From: Eledone cirrhosa
Lineage: Eukaryota
Assembly: GCA_964016885.1 (NCBI GenBank)
Contig: OZ024743.1
Coordinates: 219,852,001-219,916,000 of the forward strand
DNA: 64,000 nt
Reading direction: 5' to 3'
Part shown: positions 42,001 to 54,166 of the stretch, piece by piece
Layout of the letters: each line of letters opens with the position of its first letter
Position numbering within the stretch: position 1 is the stretch's first letter
Notes under the pieces: model-generated
What the model was told of the DNA's origin: nothing
Seen by the model: only the letters and a program-made list of their open reading frames with translations
Database searches by the model: none
Position numbers and translations under genes: made by a program

Positions 42001-42438
42001 AACGAAACTGTACTGTTGCTATAACTACAACGACTGACTTTATTATATGTAGTAATTAGTATTGTTGTTGTTGTTATCGTAGTTCTAGTTAATCCCAGGT
42101 TAGACTTCATCATAGATACTTATAATCAACAGCTCTCCATCCATGTCTATCCCGCCTTAGATATTACGTTAACAACCGCGACCTGCCTTATTCTAGTTGG
42201 AAGGGTGTAATTTATCGGAGATTTGATTGTTATTTTTAGCGTAGAGAACCCTCATTTACTCGTTACTCCTGTTGTTGTTGTTACTGCTACTGTTGTTGTT
42301 GTTGTTACTGCTCCTGTTGTTGTTGTTACTGCTCCTGTTGTTGTTGTTACTGCTACTGTTGTTGTTTAGCCTTAGATCAATCCTGATCACAGCAACATTA
42401 CTCCAGCTGGGACTAACCTGCGTTTTATCCCGCCATGC

Positions 42439-42494
<56 letters not shown>

Positions 42495-42501
<7 letters not shown>

Positions 42502-42631
42502 CAATATGTAAAGAAGATAACACACCAGAGAGAGAGAGAGAGATAGTGCGCTATCAGTCAAACAGGGAAAAACCACCAGTGTATGGAATCTCTCTCTCTG
42601 GTGTGTTATCTTCTCTACATATTGTATTATA
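42495..42631. repeat. Fold-back inverted repeat next to (TA)n
   Basis: TATAATACAATATGTA.AGAAGATAACACACCAGAGAGAGAGA and its reverse complement at 42588-42631. Confidence 0.85.
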
Positions 42632-42707
42632 AAGGGCTCGAGATTCCTTCTCCTTTGAACACATTAATGACAGGGAATGGCGAGAGTCTATGGCTCCGTT
42701 AATTTAT

Positions 42708-42790
<83 letters not shown>

Positions 42791-42794
<4 letters not shown>

Positions 42795-42919
42795 GGGTTC
42801 AATCGGGGGTAACCACAGTAAGTAAGGTACTCAATACATAGTAGAGTATACATTTTTAATATAGAAATGGCTTCCTGATGATTTCCTTCAAATGATACAG
42901 TTCTAGTCCTGTAGAAGCC

Positions 42920-42925
<6 letters not shown>
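42791..42925 (+). mobile_element. Fold-back hammerhead element, copy 2 (core GAAA>GATA)
   Basis: Near-identical to 13602-13738. Perfect 12-bp stem I AGAAATGGCTTC/GAAGCCATTTCT, CTGATGA 42875-81, GTA 42911-13. Confidence 0.8.
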
Positions 42926-43014
<89 letters not shown>

Positions 43015-43216
43015 TCCGTATGTACTTAATGCTAAATAGTGAGTCAGGGTCACCAAGCGAAACTCCAAAGTAACAAGACTCACTATTTAGCTTTAATAAA
43101 ATGAATACACACACACACACACACACGCACGCACACACACGCACACACACACACGCACACAGACACGCACACACACACACACACGCACACAGACACACAC
43201 ACAGACACACACACAG

Positions 43217-43248
<32 letters not shown>

Positions 43249-43317
43249 CACACACGCGCACACAGACACACACACACGCACACACACACACGCACACACA
43301 CACACGCACACGCGCAC

Positions 43318-43409
<92 letters not shown>

Positions 43410-43532
43410 TTCGTCTCCAGAGGTTTTTTGCCAGATTTATTCAGATACTTTTTATGGTTTGCAAATATTATGACAATTATCTACACTGTGGCGACTATAT
43501 AATATATATAGCCGCCACAATATATATATTTT

Positions 43533-43612
43533 TTATCTGACGAAAGCGTACTTAAATATTAGTATTTCGTATTTCAAGGGTACTAATATTTAAGTACGCT
43601 TTCGTCAGATAA
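43533..43612. repeat. Perfect 32-bp hairpin containing a partial hammerhead core
   Basis: Arms 43533-43564 and 43581-43612, 16-nt loop. Minus strand CTGACGA-AAGCGTACT..AGTACCCTT-GAAA. Confidence 0.8.
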
Positions 43613-43619
43613 TATATAA

Positions 43620-44030
43620 ATATATATATATATATACATATCGAAACCTGTCTCAGTTCATACCCGCTTGTTATAAAAAAGGGAAGGATATTCTGGATAG
43701 TGTAGTCATTTTATTAACAATAGGGCGGTGGATTGGCAGTATCGGTAGAGGGTCGGACGCCATGCTTTGACGCATTGAGTTACGGCCCTTGCCATTCTGA
43801 GTTCAAATCCCGCCGAGGTTAACTTTGCCTTTCATCCTTACGGGGTCGATAAAATAAAGTACCAGTAATACACTGGATAATTGCTGGCCTTGTGCCAATA
43901 GTAGAAACAATTATATATATATTGTGATTGTTAAAATGACTACACTCTACAGAATATCCTTCCCTTTATTTTTATAACAAGCGGGTATGAACTGAGACAG
44001 GTTTCGATATGTATATATATATATATATTT
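43620..44030. repeat. About 100-bp inverted repeat arms enclosing a SINE
   Basis: 43620-43721 is the reverse complement of about 43927-44030 (CATATCGAAACCTGTCTCAGTTCATACCCGCTTGTTATAAAAA..GGGAAGGATATTCTG). Confidence 0.9.
43722..43912 (+). mobile_element. Full-length tRNA-derived SINE (reference copy of the dominant family)
   Basis: GGCGGTGGATTGGCAGTATCGG (A box), GAGTTCAAATCCC (B box), core, and 3' GGCCTTGTGCC..TAGAAAC. Confidence 0.92.
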
Positions 44031-44238
44031 ATATATTGCTGCCATGTGATCCCCTCGTTGGATCGTTGATGTTTGTGTTATTACTGTTGCTGTTGATGTC
44101 GTTGTTAATGTTATTAAGCCCCAAAGTAAGTTCTGGTCGAGTAAACATATAATAATTAATAGAGTTCCAGTCATGACCATCGTTGCTGCAATATATTTGT
44201 GACTGACACGAAGTACGTTGTTATATTTGAAAGTAAAA

Positions 44239-44512
44239 GTGAAGGCCCGTACTCTAATGGTGTTGGAATTACGATCATAATGTAGTGGGTTCGATTCCTG
44301 GGCTGGGTTTTGTGTTGTGTTTTTGAACAAAACATTTTATTTTTCATTACTCCAGTATACTCAACTGAAAATGAGTGACAGCAGTAGCTGGGGGTTTAAA
44401 CCTGTGATGGATTGGTGTCCTGTCCAAGGAGGAGTCTTCTTCTCTCAGTCGCTTCACTCCACGGAAACTGATATAAGCACCGGCCTGATGAACCCTGGAC
44501 ACGAGACAGACT
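44239..44512 (+). mobile_element. tRNA-derived SINE, GTGAAGG-head family
   Basis: B box GGTTCGATTCC, CORE-like body, 3' GGATTGGTGTCCTGTCCA..CCGGCCTGATGA. Confidence 0.7.
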
Positions 44513-45206
44513 AATTTAAAAGCAAAGCTCAGGACTCATATCCATTTTTCAGGTCCTCTTTGTCTGGGAAATAAGAACAATTTGGTAAAAATTAGTATCT
44601 TTTTCTTAGGAATCGATCATTAAATCAAACCAAGGAAAATATGTTTCTTTTACTAGCAGAAGCGTCACTGCTTTTCCGGTGGCGGAAGACTTAAATTTGA
44701 ACTCGAAACGCACAGACCCATAACATATGCCATTAATAACCACCTCCCTTTGACTCTTTAAAAATTTTGCCGTTGGAGAAGTGTACTTTCTTTATCGACC
44801 TCAAAAGGATGAAAGGCAAAATTGACCTCGATGTGATATGCATTCGGAGTTAGAGAGCCGGAACAAATACCGAGACATTTTATTCAGATATTCTAAATAT
44901 TCTGTCGCATATGATAAAAATAGTGTTTAGATTGAAACGCCGTGATTGCTGAAGAAACATGCGAAGAGGCAGTTCTAGAAAGTTGGATGAGGCAGTACTG
45001 CTCTAGTATAGTTTAGAGGAGAGAAATATAGTAGTGACGTATGAAGGGAGGTGGAGTGTAGTAGGAGAGTAAATATTGGATAATGTTAGAATATCGTGAG
45101 AAAAAAGTTCTCTTCTCACGTCAAACGCAAATTACCAATCTCGAGAACTTTATTCAACTGATTGTATGTTGACACATGCCAGCAATAGTCTGCTCAGATT
45201 CTAGTG

Positions 45207-45552
45207 CAGAGGTTCTCAAACGTTTTGGGCCACCGCCCCACTCACAGCCATGTAATACCCTCAGCACCCCCAGCTCCTATTTCTAGAGAGACCTACATAC
45301 ACGCAAATTGTAAATAATATATAATAAATAAAATCAATTTAGATAGAAATAATATAATATATACTATGTATAAATAGATATTATATATTTTTATTTTACT
45401 CTATTTATATATATGTATCATTTGATATTTGATATACTATTATATCATCTCTAATGCCCCACCCTCCGCACCCTTAGACCCCAGCGGCCCCCTGGACCTT
45501 CTCACCCCCCCCCCCCCCCGGTGGGCGGTAGCGCCCACTTTGAGAACCTCTG
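45207..45552. mobile_element. hAT (Charlie-like) MITE
   Basis: Perfect 14-bp TIR CAGAGGTTCTCAAA/TTTGAGAACCTCTG; 8-bp TSD TTCTAGTG/TTTTAGTG. Confidence 0.9.
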
Positions 45553-45848
45553 TTTTAGTGTCTAATTCAGTAATGTCTTTCCTCCCTTCTTTCTCTTCGT
45601 TTCTCCTTCCATTCCTCTTTCACCACCTCCTCTCTCACAACATTCATTTATCTTATATTTTTATTCTATCGTTAGTTAAATATTTTAGTACCAAACTGTC
45701 TGAAACCGCCGTAGGTTTTATGACATTTACTCTTTACTCTAAAGTGTTTATGTTTATCTAAAAATATTCTATCATTTTTTTCAATGTAAGAATAGTGGCA
45801 AGTTAAGTTCCAAACACCAGTTTAATGACTGAGAAAGTCAGTTATATA

Positions 45849-46419
45849 CGAGCGTCGCCTGAAAAGTTCATAGTCTGACTATGAAGGAGTGATGCTAGCG
45901 CTGTGAAATCTTGCATGCATTAACTTCAACTCTTCTTATTAATAACTGCATTGTTTCTTTCTAGGGAATATGTTGAAAAATAAACCTCATTTGGTCATTC
46001 CATGAGCAGGGTTGGATTTAGACCTTAGGGGGCTTAGGAGACTTCTCATTTGGAGAGGCTAACTTTGATATGTAAAATTGGGGTGTGTGTGTGAGGGGGG
46101 GGGGCTGTGTATTCTAACTGTTTTTGTATGTGCCCCCCCCCCCCCATTTTACATATCAAAGTTACCTTGGCACAAGTAATTGGAATTGAAAAGTTATACA
46201 TACAGGTATTACATTCAACAATTCTAACCGTCCTAAAACTGAAAAGTCCATCTGAGGGCTCAAATAAATTGCTACGGCCATCGCTGTTGCCCCCACCCAC
46301 ACACTGAAGGGTCCCGGGGCAATTGCCCCCTTTGCCTCCCATTAAATCTGACCCTTTTCATAGAGAATCTTGGTCAGCCTATGAACTTTTCAGCCTTTGA
46401 ATTTTTCAGCTGATCCTTG
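45849..46419. mobile_element. Tc1/mariner-type MITE carrying a nested TIR element
   Basis: TA flanks; CTGAAAAGTTCATAG.CTGAC vs GTCAGCCTATGAACTTTTCAG. Confidence 0.7.
46007..46356. mobile_element. Nested hAT-like MITE
   Basis: TIR-like ends CAGGGTTGGATTTA / TAAATCTGACCCT. Internal segment 46204-46295 recurs at about 47015-47105. Confidence 0.6.
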
Positions 46420-46584
46420 TATTATTAAATGATTTCAAATGTTTGATTATTTAAAAAATTATTTCAATATCATAGACAATGTCTCATTAGATTGATATGT
46501 TCTGATGTTGGTTTTACTGTTTGTTGTTAAAAGTAGAGTTGAGGGTATATTATTGTTGTGGCTGTGTGTTGTGTGTGTGTGTGT

Positions 46585-46650
<66 letters not shown>

Positions 46651-46670
46651 GTGCATGTATGTGTGTATGT

Positions 46671-46716
<46 letters not shown>

Positions 46717-47519
46717 GTGCATGTATGTGTGTATGTGTGTGTGTATGTATGTGTATGTGTGTGTTTTTATGTGCCTGTATGTGTTTGTGTGTGTGTGCAT
46801 GTATTTGTATGTACGTGTGTGTATGCATGTGTGTGTATATATGTCTGTATGTGTGTATATATGCATGTGTTTCTGTTCCTGTACGTGTGTGTGTATGTGT
46901 GTATGTCTTATTATCTTGACAATCATTTTATGGCTGAGTACTTCTTTCTCGCTTGTAATACTTCTTTGAACAACAGTTTCTGTTGTTTTCTGTGTATTGA
47001 AAACTTATAGATACTGGTATTAAATTCAACAATTCTAACCATCCTAAAACTAAAAAACCCAACTGAGGACACAAATAAATTGCTACGGCCATCGCTGGTG
47101 CCCCTCCCCGCCTCCCACTTATTCTGTTATATTGTTTTCTTTCCTTTGTGAACGTGTGTAGGTTTTTATGTGTAGTTAACTCCGTTGTAATACTATTACT
47201 ACTTTGTGGTAGCTTATGTTTCGTCTGTAGTGTTTTCTGTTCTCTGTATACTCTTGCTATGAGTTACTCTGTTTCTATTTCTGGTATCTTTTAAATTACC
47301 ATGAAACTTCGTACATTCGCTAGTCTTTAGATTCAACATTTTTTAACATATTTTTTTTCTCTACATCACATAAGTTTCTTTTTGTGTGCTCATGTATACT
47401 GCGATATTGATATGTAATAAGAATGTAAAAGTTCAATGTATTGTTCGTAGGCCAAGCGTTCTCGTTTAAATTTGGAAATGGGGTGTTTTATTTGGAATTA
47501 ACTATTTGAGAGGACACGG

Positions 47520-47650
47520 TTACTGAATCCCGGTGCATTATTGGTGTTTTATTTTACCGACGCAGTAAGGATGAAAGGCAAAATTAACCTCGGCGGGATT
47601 TGAACTCTGAACGCAAAGGACCCTACCTCTATGCTGTAAAGCATGGCTGT
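47520..47650 (-). mobile_element. SINE copy
   Basis: Same core and B box as 43722. Confidence 0.8.
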
Positions 47651-47897
47651 AGTAGTGGTGGTATTATTATTATTATTATTATTGGCGACCTACGTAGTAA
47701 AACGTATCACCGTGAGCTCCGCAAAGGTTTGTTATTTTCAGTTGTTTAAAATTGCCATTCATGGAAAATTTTTATTGTTAACTGTATATAAGTGCACATA
47801 CATTGTTATCTGAAAAGGACACCCAAAAAGATTGGGGCCTTGAGCCCAAAATTTAAACTTTTATAATTATCAAACAAAAATTTTTCTTTGAAACATC

Positions 47898-49841
47898 ATG
47901 GCTGACTCAGAGTCACTCCTTTCTCACAAACTAACACCTCACACCGACACCACAATTGTAAATATTACTACGTTTGCCAACACTAAAAAAAATATAAGCA
48001 GTAGCAATATTTTAAATTTGTCTCAGGCAGACATTCATTTCCCGCCATTACCAATGACTGCAGGTGTTAAAGCCGCCACCACCGGGACAACCACCAACCT
48101 CACCACCACCGCGACAACAGAAACAAAAGAAAAAAATAAATTAACTCGTGATATCGAAATGAATTCAACCAAAATGAACTCTTCCACACCGAACACCACT
48201 GACGCCACCACCACCACAACTGAAACTAAAATTAATAATAACAAAAATAACGATAACAACAACAGCAACAATGACATTAAGAAAACCACCCTGAGTTTTG
48301 CCAGAGTAGCAAAACAGTGCGAAGCATTTCAGGTAACTCAGGAGGAATTAGAAGAAGTCAAACAAATGGTAAAGAAAGATGGGTACAGGGTCAGCCTCAC
48401 CCCCCCACCTAATAAAATGGAGCATCGGCGCCTATGCACCGTGTCTTATCGAACAATTAATATAAAATCGCCACGAGTGGAACGGGCATCCGAGTCCCAA
48501 ATCCAAAAAGCTTTGGGACATGTGTGGGCAAAAAAACCCCACATCAGACGTGGGCAGAAGTATGGAACCGTGGACGTGTTCTTTGAAACACCACAGGAGG
48601 CTAGAGAACACTCCATGGCCCTATTAAGAAGTGATGACTTCACACTCGTCTCAAGCTATTGTGGCCAGAGACTCGTAAAGATCAGGGTCACCCACGTTCC
48701 ACCGGCCATCGAAATTCCCTGGCTAATAGCTGCCGTCCTCGCCGGCATCGAAGCCAACACCAAGATAATCGAAATAGCGAAAGAAAAGCAGGAGAACTGG
48801 TCCGGATCTGGGATGGAGCTCCTGATCCAAGCGGACCAAAAAAGCATTGAGGAGATCCCAGAGGTAATAGACCTCACTGACGGCAGCCACCTCACCGTAA
48901 TTGTCGAGGGCAGAAGGCCTAGGTGTGTCGTTTGTGGTGAAGGAACCCACCTAAGGGCTTTCTGCCCTCAGGCTAAAAGGTTGAGACCACCTCTCCTACC
49001 CACCCCAGTGACTCAACCATCAACACCACCAGCAGCAGAGATGGCAGCAACAACTGTAGCAGCAACAACAGAAGCAACTGTAACAGCAACAACCCCAGCA
49101 ACAGTAGCAAAACCAACACCACCACCACCCAACGCGCCAGAACTAGCACCAGCGCCTACACCATCCACCACGCCACAACCAAAACTAACGCCTGTGGAGG
49201 ATTTTCCACTCCCCGGCCTATCACAACTGGAGACAGATTGTGACGACGAGGAGTGGGAAACGGTATCAGGAAAAAAGAAAAAAAGGAACCAAAAAAGAAA
49301 AAAATCTCTTCCTTCCCCCTCCAAAAACAAGATACAGAGGGAAACAAATAAACTATCAAACAAAAAAGTTAGGACAGATATGCCACCATCCACACCAGCA
49401 TCACCAACCCCATCACCCCAAACACCAACACCATCACCATCATTAACCCCAACACCACCATCACCTACACCACAAAAGTCACCAAAAAGCGAAACAGAAA
49501 CAAACCCACAACAAACGCAAACAAAACAAAACAACTAAAACGATACACACTACACAGCATTAAATTTGAACAACAACCAATTATTACACTACATCCAACA
49601 CAACACTAGCATCACAGAAAAAGACTACACAACAACCCAAAAGTTCACACCACTTCCACACATACAAATCACTCGCATCACACAGAAAACGTACATGACA
49701 CTAAAACAAAAATTCCCTAAAGACATCGGAGACTTCCGACAAGCACTCTCCAGGAGGATTTATAAGAACATCCTTCCTGAGGAGGCCACAAGCAGTGAAA
49801 AGGATGGAGAAACCGTCCTTCCTCTACGAGAAGTAAGGTAA
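47898..49841 (+). CDS. Tx1 family B ORF1 (one in-frame TAA at 49536)
   Basis: SFARVA; VEGRRPRCVVCGEGTHLRAFCP knuckle; Pro/Thr linker; basic cluster after EEWETV. ORF 49566-49841 is in the same frame. Confidence 0.85.
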
Positions 49842-49875
49842 GTGGTCTTTCCTATCTTTTCCACTCCATTTCAAT

Positions 49876-52800
49876 ATGACCTCACTCAGAATAGGCAGCA
49901 TAAATGCGCGTGGCTTGGGGTCGTCATGGAAGCAGAGCCACCTGCTCAACGACCTCAGGTTACTAAACATAGATGTAGTGGCCATCAGCGAGACCAGAAT
50001 CTCCGAAGCACGGGCCTTCGCACCGATCTTCGGCGGCTACGATGTGTACGCATCTCCCAGCCGTCCGGGATCGGGGGGAAGAGTTGCTGTGCTTTTTCGG
50101 AGAGGTTTGGATCTCGCCATATGGGCCATCTTCCTGGACCCAGAAGGTAAGTTGGTGGTGCTGGACGTGACCAGCGGAGACGGGTAAGCTTTCAGGCTAG
50201 TGGCCGTCTATGCCCCGACAGGAGCAGGGCGGCCTGATTTCTTCCGGCGTCTGGAGACCTTTCTTGGAACGTCCCGCTCTTTAGTGTTAGTGGGCGACTG
50301 GAACGGGATCTTAGATGTACGCTGGGACTGTGTGGGATTAGCGGATAGGGGAGGAGGGTGCAAGAGTCTCACCAACCTGCTCAGGCGTTTTGAACTGTCT
50401 GACAGGTACCGATTGGATTTCCCGAATGTGCCAATGTGGACTTGGACAAATCGCATAGGGTCATCCAGATCATATCTAGATAGAGTATTTTGTAGGGAAA
50501 TAGATAGGTCTAGCATAGGCTGTCCACAATTCAAGATTGTCAGCTACACTGACCACAAATTCGTGATCTGTGTGCTTGACTTAGATAGGCTTCATAGACG
50601 AGGACCCGGCTACTGGAAGCTAAACGCGTCCTTACCAGCGCGCAAGGCCTACAGAGACCGGATTAGCGAACTAGTTAAGCGGGCGTTGACGGGGGCCATC
50701 GTGAACAACAAGTGGTGGTTTTCTCTGAAAAGAGCGATTAGAATAGAATCCATTAGGTTTAGTAAGGCTTTAGCAATAGAGAAAAATAGAGCAGAGGGAG
50801 AATTAGTTAGAAAATTAGACGAGGCGCTTAGCAAAGGCATCGCGACCGAGTACTTGCGGCGAAATTGGCCCTTGACCAATTCTTCAATGCAAAGGACAAA
50901 GGCTGCGTTGTCAGAGCTAGGGTGCGTGCTCTCAGACACTAGGGGAAGAAAGCCGTTCAATGGGCCCGAGTGGCGGTGGCTCGTCGTGGCAACAAAGCCA
51001 CGATCCGGTCTTTGGTGGACCACGACGGGCGCATGCTACTCGATCCCGAGCAAATGTGTGAAGCTTTTCAGCGACACTTCGCACAGCTGTTCGGGGGCAG
51101 CGGCGGGCCGGATCGAGGGATGGACTTTAGTGTCTACCTCGACGGACTTCCGCGGCTCTCGGCCACTGAGGCGGAGTGTTGCGAATAGCCGATAACAGCC
51201 GCTGAAGTACGGGAGGCAATGACTGGCTGCACAAGGGGTAAATCGCCTGGTTTGGATAGTCTGCCCTATGAACTTTACGTACAGATGCCAGACTTGTTCG
51301 GAGGCCTCTTGGCGGACGTCTACTGCAACTGGCAACAGAACGGGATAATTCTCAGCTCTGTGAGCCGAGGAGCTGTGGCGCTGCTGAGAAAGGATCCGAA
51401 CAAGGGGGATAACATAGATAATTTCAGGCCCATAATTCTGCTAAACACAGAGTTCAAGATTTTGGCCAAGGTGCTAGCAAAGAGGTTGGTGCTTGTCGTT
51501 GGTGGTCTGGTGGGAGAGGCGCAGACGTGCGCCATTCCCGACAGATCCATCCACCTCATGCGATACATCGTAGAGAGGGTAGCTAGGGAACATGGCACGG
51601 GTGGGTCCTTGATCAATTTAGATCAGTCGAAAGCTTTCGATAGGGTCGAACATCGTTACCTAGCGGCAGTCCTGAGGGCGGCTGGCTTTGGGCCCGTCTT
51701 CAGAGGCTGGATCGCTGCCATGCACAGCGACATCTGCTCTGTGGTGAGAGTGAACGGTCACCTTTGGGAACCGTTCAACATCATGCGCTCGGTCCGCCAA
51801 GGATGTCCTCTATCGTCCCTCTTGTACGTATTGACTCTCGAGCCATTACTGCACAAACTGGAGACGTTGAAGGGGGTCCCGCGCGAACTAGGATGCGGAA
51901 GATCCGTGTCAGCATATGCGGACGATGTCACAGTAGTGGTGTCGAACGCCAAACACATGAGGCGATCGGCACTACACTAAGAGAATACGAAGCGGTGACA
52001 GGAGCAATGATCAACCAGGAAAAGTCAGTGGGCCTGTAGCTCGGCACCTGGAGAGGCAGGTCCATGCCGTCCAACAGCGTCGTCGGGCGCTGGACGGACC
52101 GGTTAAATTGCTAGGGGTCTGGTTCGGTCTGGACCTCCAGACGGACAAAAACTGGGACGAGGTGACGAGCGTGGCTTCTCTCACCCAGAAATGGGCGGAG
52201 AGGAAGCTATGCCTGAAAGGTCGAGCGGAGGTGGCTAACGCGTACATCGCGTCCGTCATCTACTACCGCCTGACCGTCGTACCTTGTCCTAAGCCCCTCC
52301 TGACTGCGCTGGAGCGTTTGCTCTTTCGCTTTTTGTGGAAGGGACGCGCTCCGATGGTCAGGCGGTCCATCTGCTGTCAACACCCGCTACGTGGAGGGCT
52401 GGGCATGCCGTGGCTGATGATGCACAGACACGCGCTCAGGCTACGATATCTCCACCTCTTCCTCGGCGGTGATCAGGTGTGGTCGCCGTTTGCTAGACAC
52501 GTTTTTCCCCAGCTCGTCTCCTTGACGGAGCTGCAGTCCTGGCTCAAGCGAAGACCGAGAGGGAGCGCTTGGAGACCGGAATGTCTTCAGGCGCTCACAG
52601 CCCTCGACCAATCGGGCAATGTGATCGGTGGAAACTCCACATTGGCGTTCTATAGAGGATTAGTGGAGGGGAAGAGCGACGACGTACTTGGAGAAACTCT
52701 AGGCGTCGACGAAAATCAACTAGCCAATCTCTTCGGAAGGACTTTTGGGTCGGGGCCTATGGACAACTTCCAGAAATCTCTAGCCTGGCAGTGCTACCGA

Positions 52801-53274
52801 GGAGCTTTGCCAGTTCGAAATAAACTCTACAGGTATGGAGGTGCCGTCAGCCGGGCATGTCCGAGATGCTCGCAGGGCGACGAAACCGTCCTGCACGCAC
52901 TCGTCCAGTGTCCGAGCATTGCTGACTTGTGGGTTTATGTCGAACACCTGCTGTCACGTGTAGGACGGATCCAACTATCAGCTGAGTCCATCGTGAGGAT
53001 TGCCCCGCCCTCTTCCTTTAGCCGGGAAGGGCAGGCAGTTTTTATCTGTCTGGTGGCCATGGCGAAAGAGATAGTATGGTGGACACGTTTGAAAGGGCTG
53101 AAGACGAGCACTTACCTCTTCTGTGATGCCCTGATTAACTTTTTCAAATTTCATTTGAAAAGGAAAATCAGGGTAGAGAGGGAAATGCTCTCTTCCCAGC
53201 ATTTTGTTGAAAGATGGGTGAGAGAGGCAAGTATGGCCCGAATGAATGGGCCTTCTCTGAGTATGTGTCTGTAA
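49876..53274 (+). pseudogene. Tx1 family B ORF2 (APE + RT + Cys-rich), disrupted
   Basis: INARGL, ISETR, VYAP, GDWN, YLDR, TDHK, GYWKLN, KAFDRV, RQGCPLS, YADD, CPRC..ETVLHALVQC. Confidence 0.93.
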
Positions 53275-53520
53275 ATTAAAGGTGGAAAACTGGGAGAGGG
53301 CACTTGCCCTGGTGGTCAGGGTCACTGTGGCCTTTTAATGGGCTTTCTCCGCAAATGTCCCTCGGAAGTCTCCCCCCTATTGGGGAATTTTTCATTGTTA
53401 TTTTTTATTACATCCTCTGTTTTTTTTACACGCAGAAATGCCCATTTGTACCGTCCTGTATTGTCCTGTACTGTCCTTAATGTCTACTTTATGTAAACCC
53501 TTGTGGTTAATAAAGAAAAC

Positions 53521-53863
53521 ATTATTAATAGTAGTAACAGTAGTTGTGGTAGTAGTAGTAAGTAGTAGTAGTGGTAGTAGTAGTATTAGTAGTAGTAGTA
53601 TTGGTAGTAACAGTAGTGGTGGTAGTCGTAGTAGTGGTAGTATAGTAGTGGTGGAAGTAGTAGTGGTGGTGGTAGTAGTAGTGGTGGTAGTAGTAGTGGT
53701 GGTAATAGTAGTGGTAGTAGTAATGGTAGTGGTATATTTTACTTCTCTCATCTTATTAACTATCATGACTCACCGTCTATATATCTCATGATCAATCAAT
53801 TAATTTTATTTGTGGGTGTTTACTACAACCACCACTACTGTTACTACTACTACCATCACAACC

Positions 53864-53894
<31 letters not shown>

Positions 53895-53955
53895 GTACTA
53901 CCACCACCAGCACCACCACCACCACCATAATCACTAACACTACTACTACAACAAT
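53521..53955. repeat. (AGT/GGT)n and inverse (ACT/ACC)n tracts
   Basis: Direct inspection. Confidence 0.9.
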
Positions 53956-53997
53956 GTTATGGTCATTGGGAGTGAATGCAATATATAATATAATATA

Positions 53998-54166
53998 ATT
54001 GTTTCTACGTTAGGCACAAGGCCAGCAAATACCCAGTACATTACTGGTACTTTATTTTATCGACCCCGTAAGGATGAAAGGCAAAGTTAACCTCGGCGGG
54101 ATTTGAACTCAGAATGTAAAGGGACGTAACTATGGTAGAAAGCATGGCGTCCAACCCTCTACCGAT
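53998..54166 (-). mobile_element. SINE copy
   Basis: Reverse complement of the 43722 family. Confidence 0.88.

Larger units (their letters stand above)
47684..53520 (+). mobile_element. Tx1/L1-clade retrotransposon, family B, near full-length, disabled
   Basis: ORF1 and ORF2 homologous to family A; AATAAAGAAAAC end. (ATT)n upstream, ATTATT then (AGT)n downstream. Confidence 0.93.

Noticed and set aside
43722-43815. tRNA gene
   Set aside because: A and B boxes are present but there is no cloverleaf; it continues into a multicopy SINE body.
44930-45110. Possible ancient LINE 3' remnant
   Set aside because: No diagnostic motif readable.
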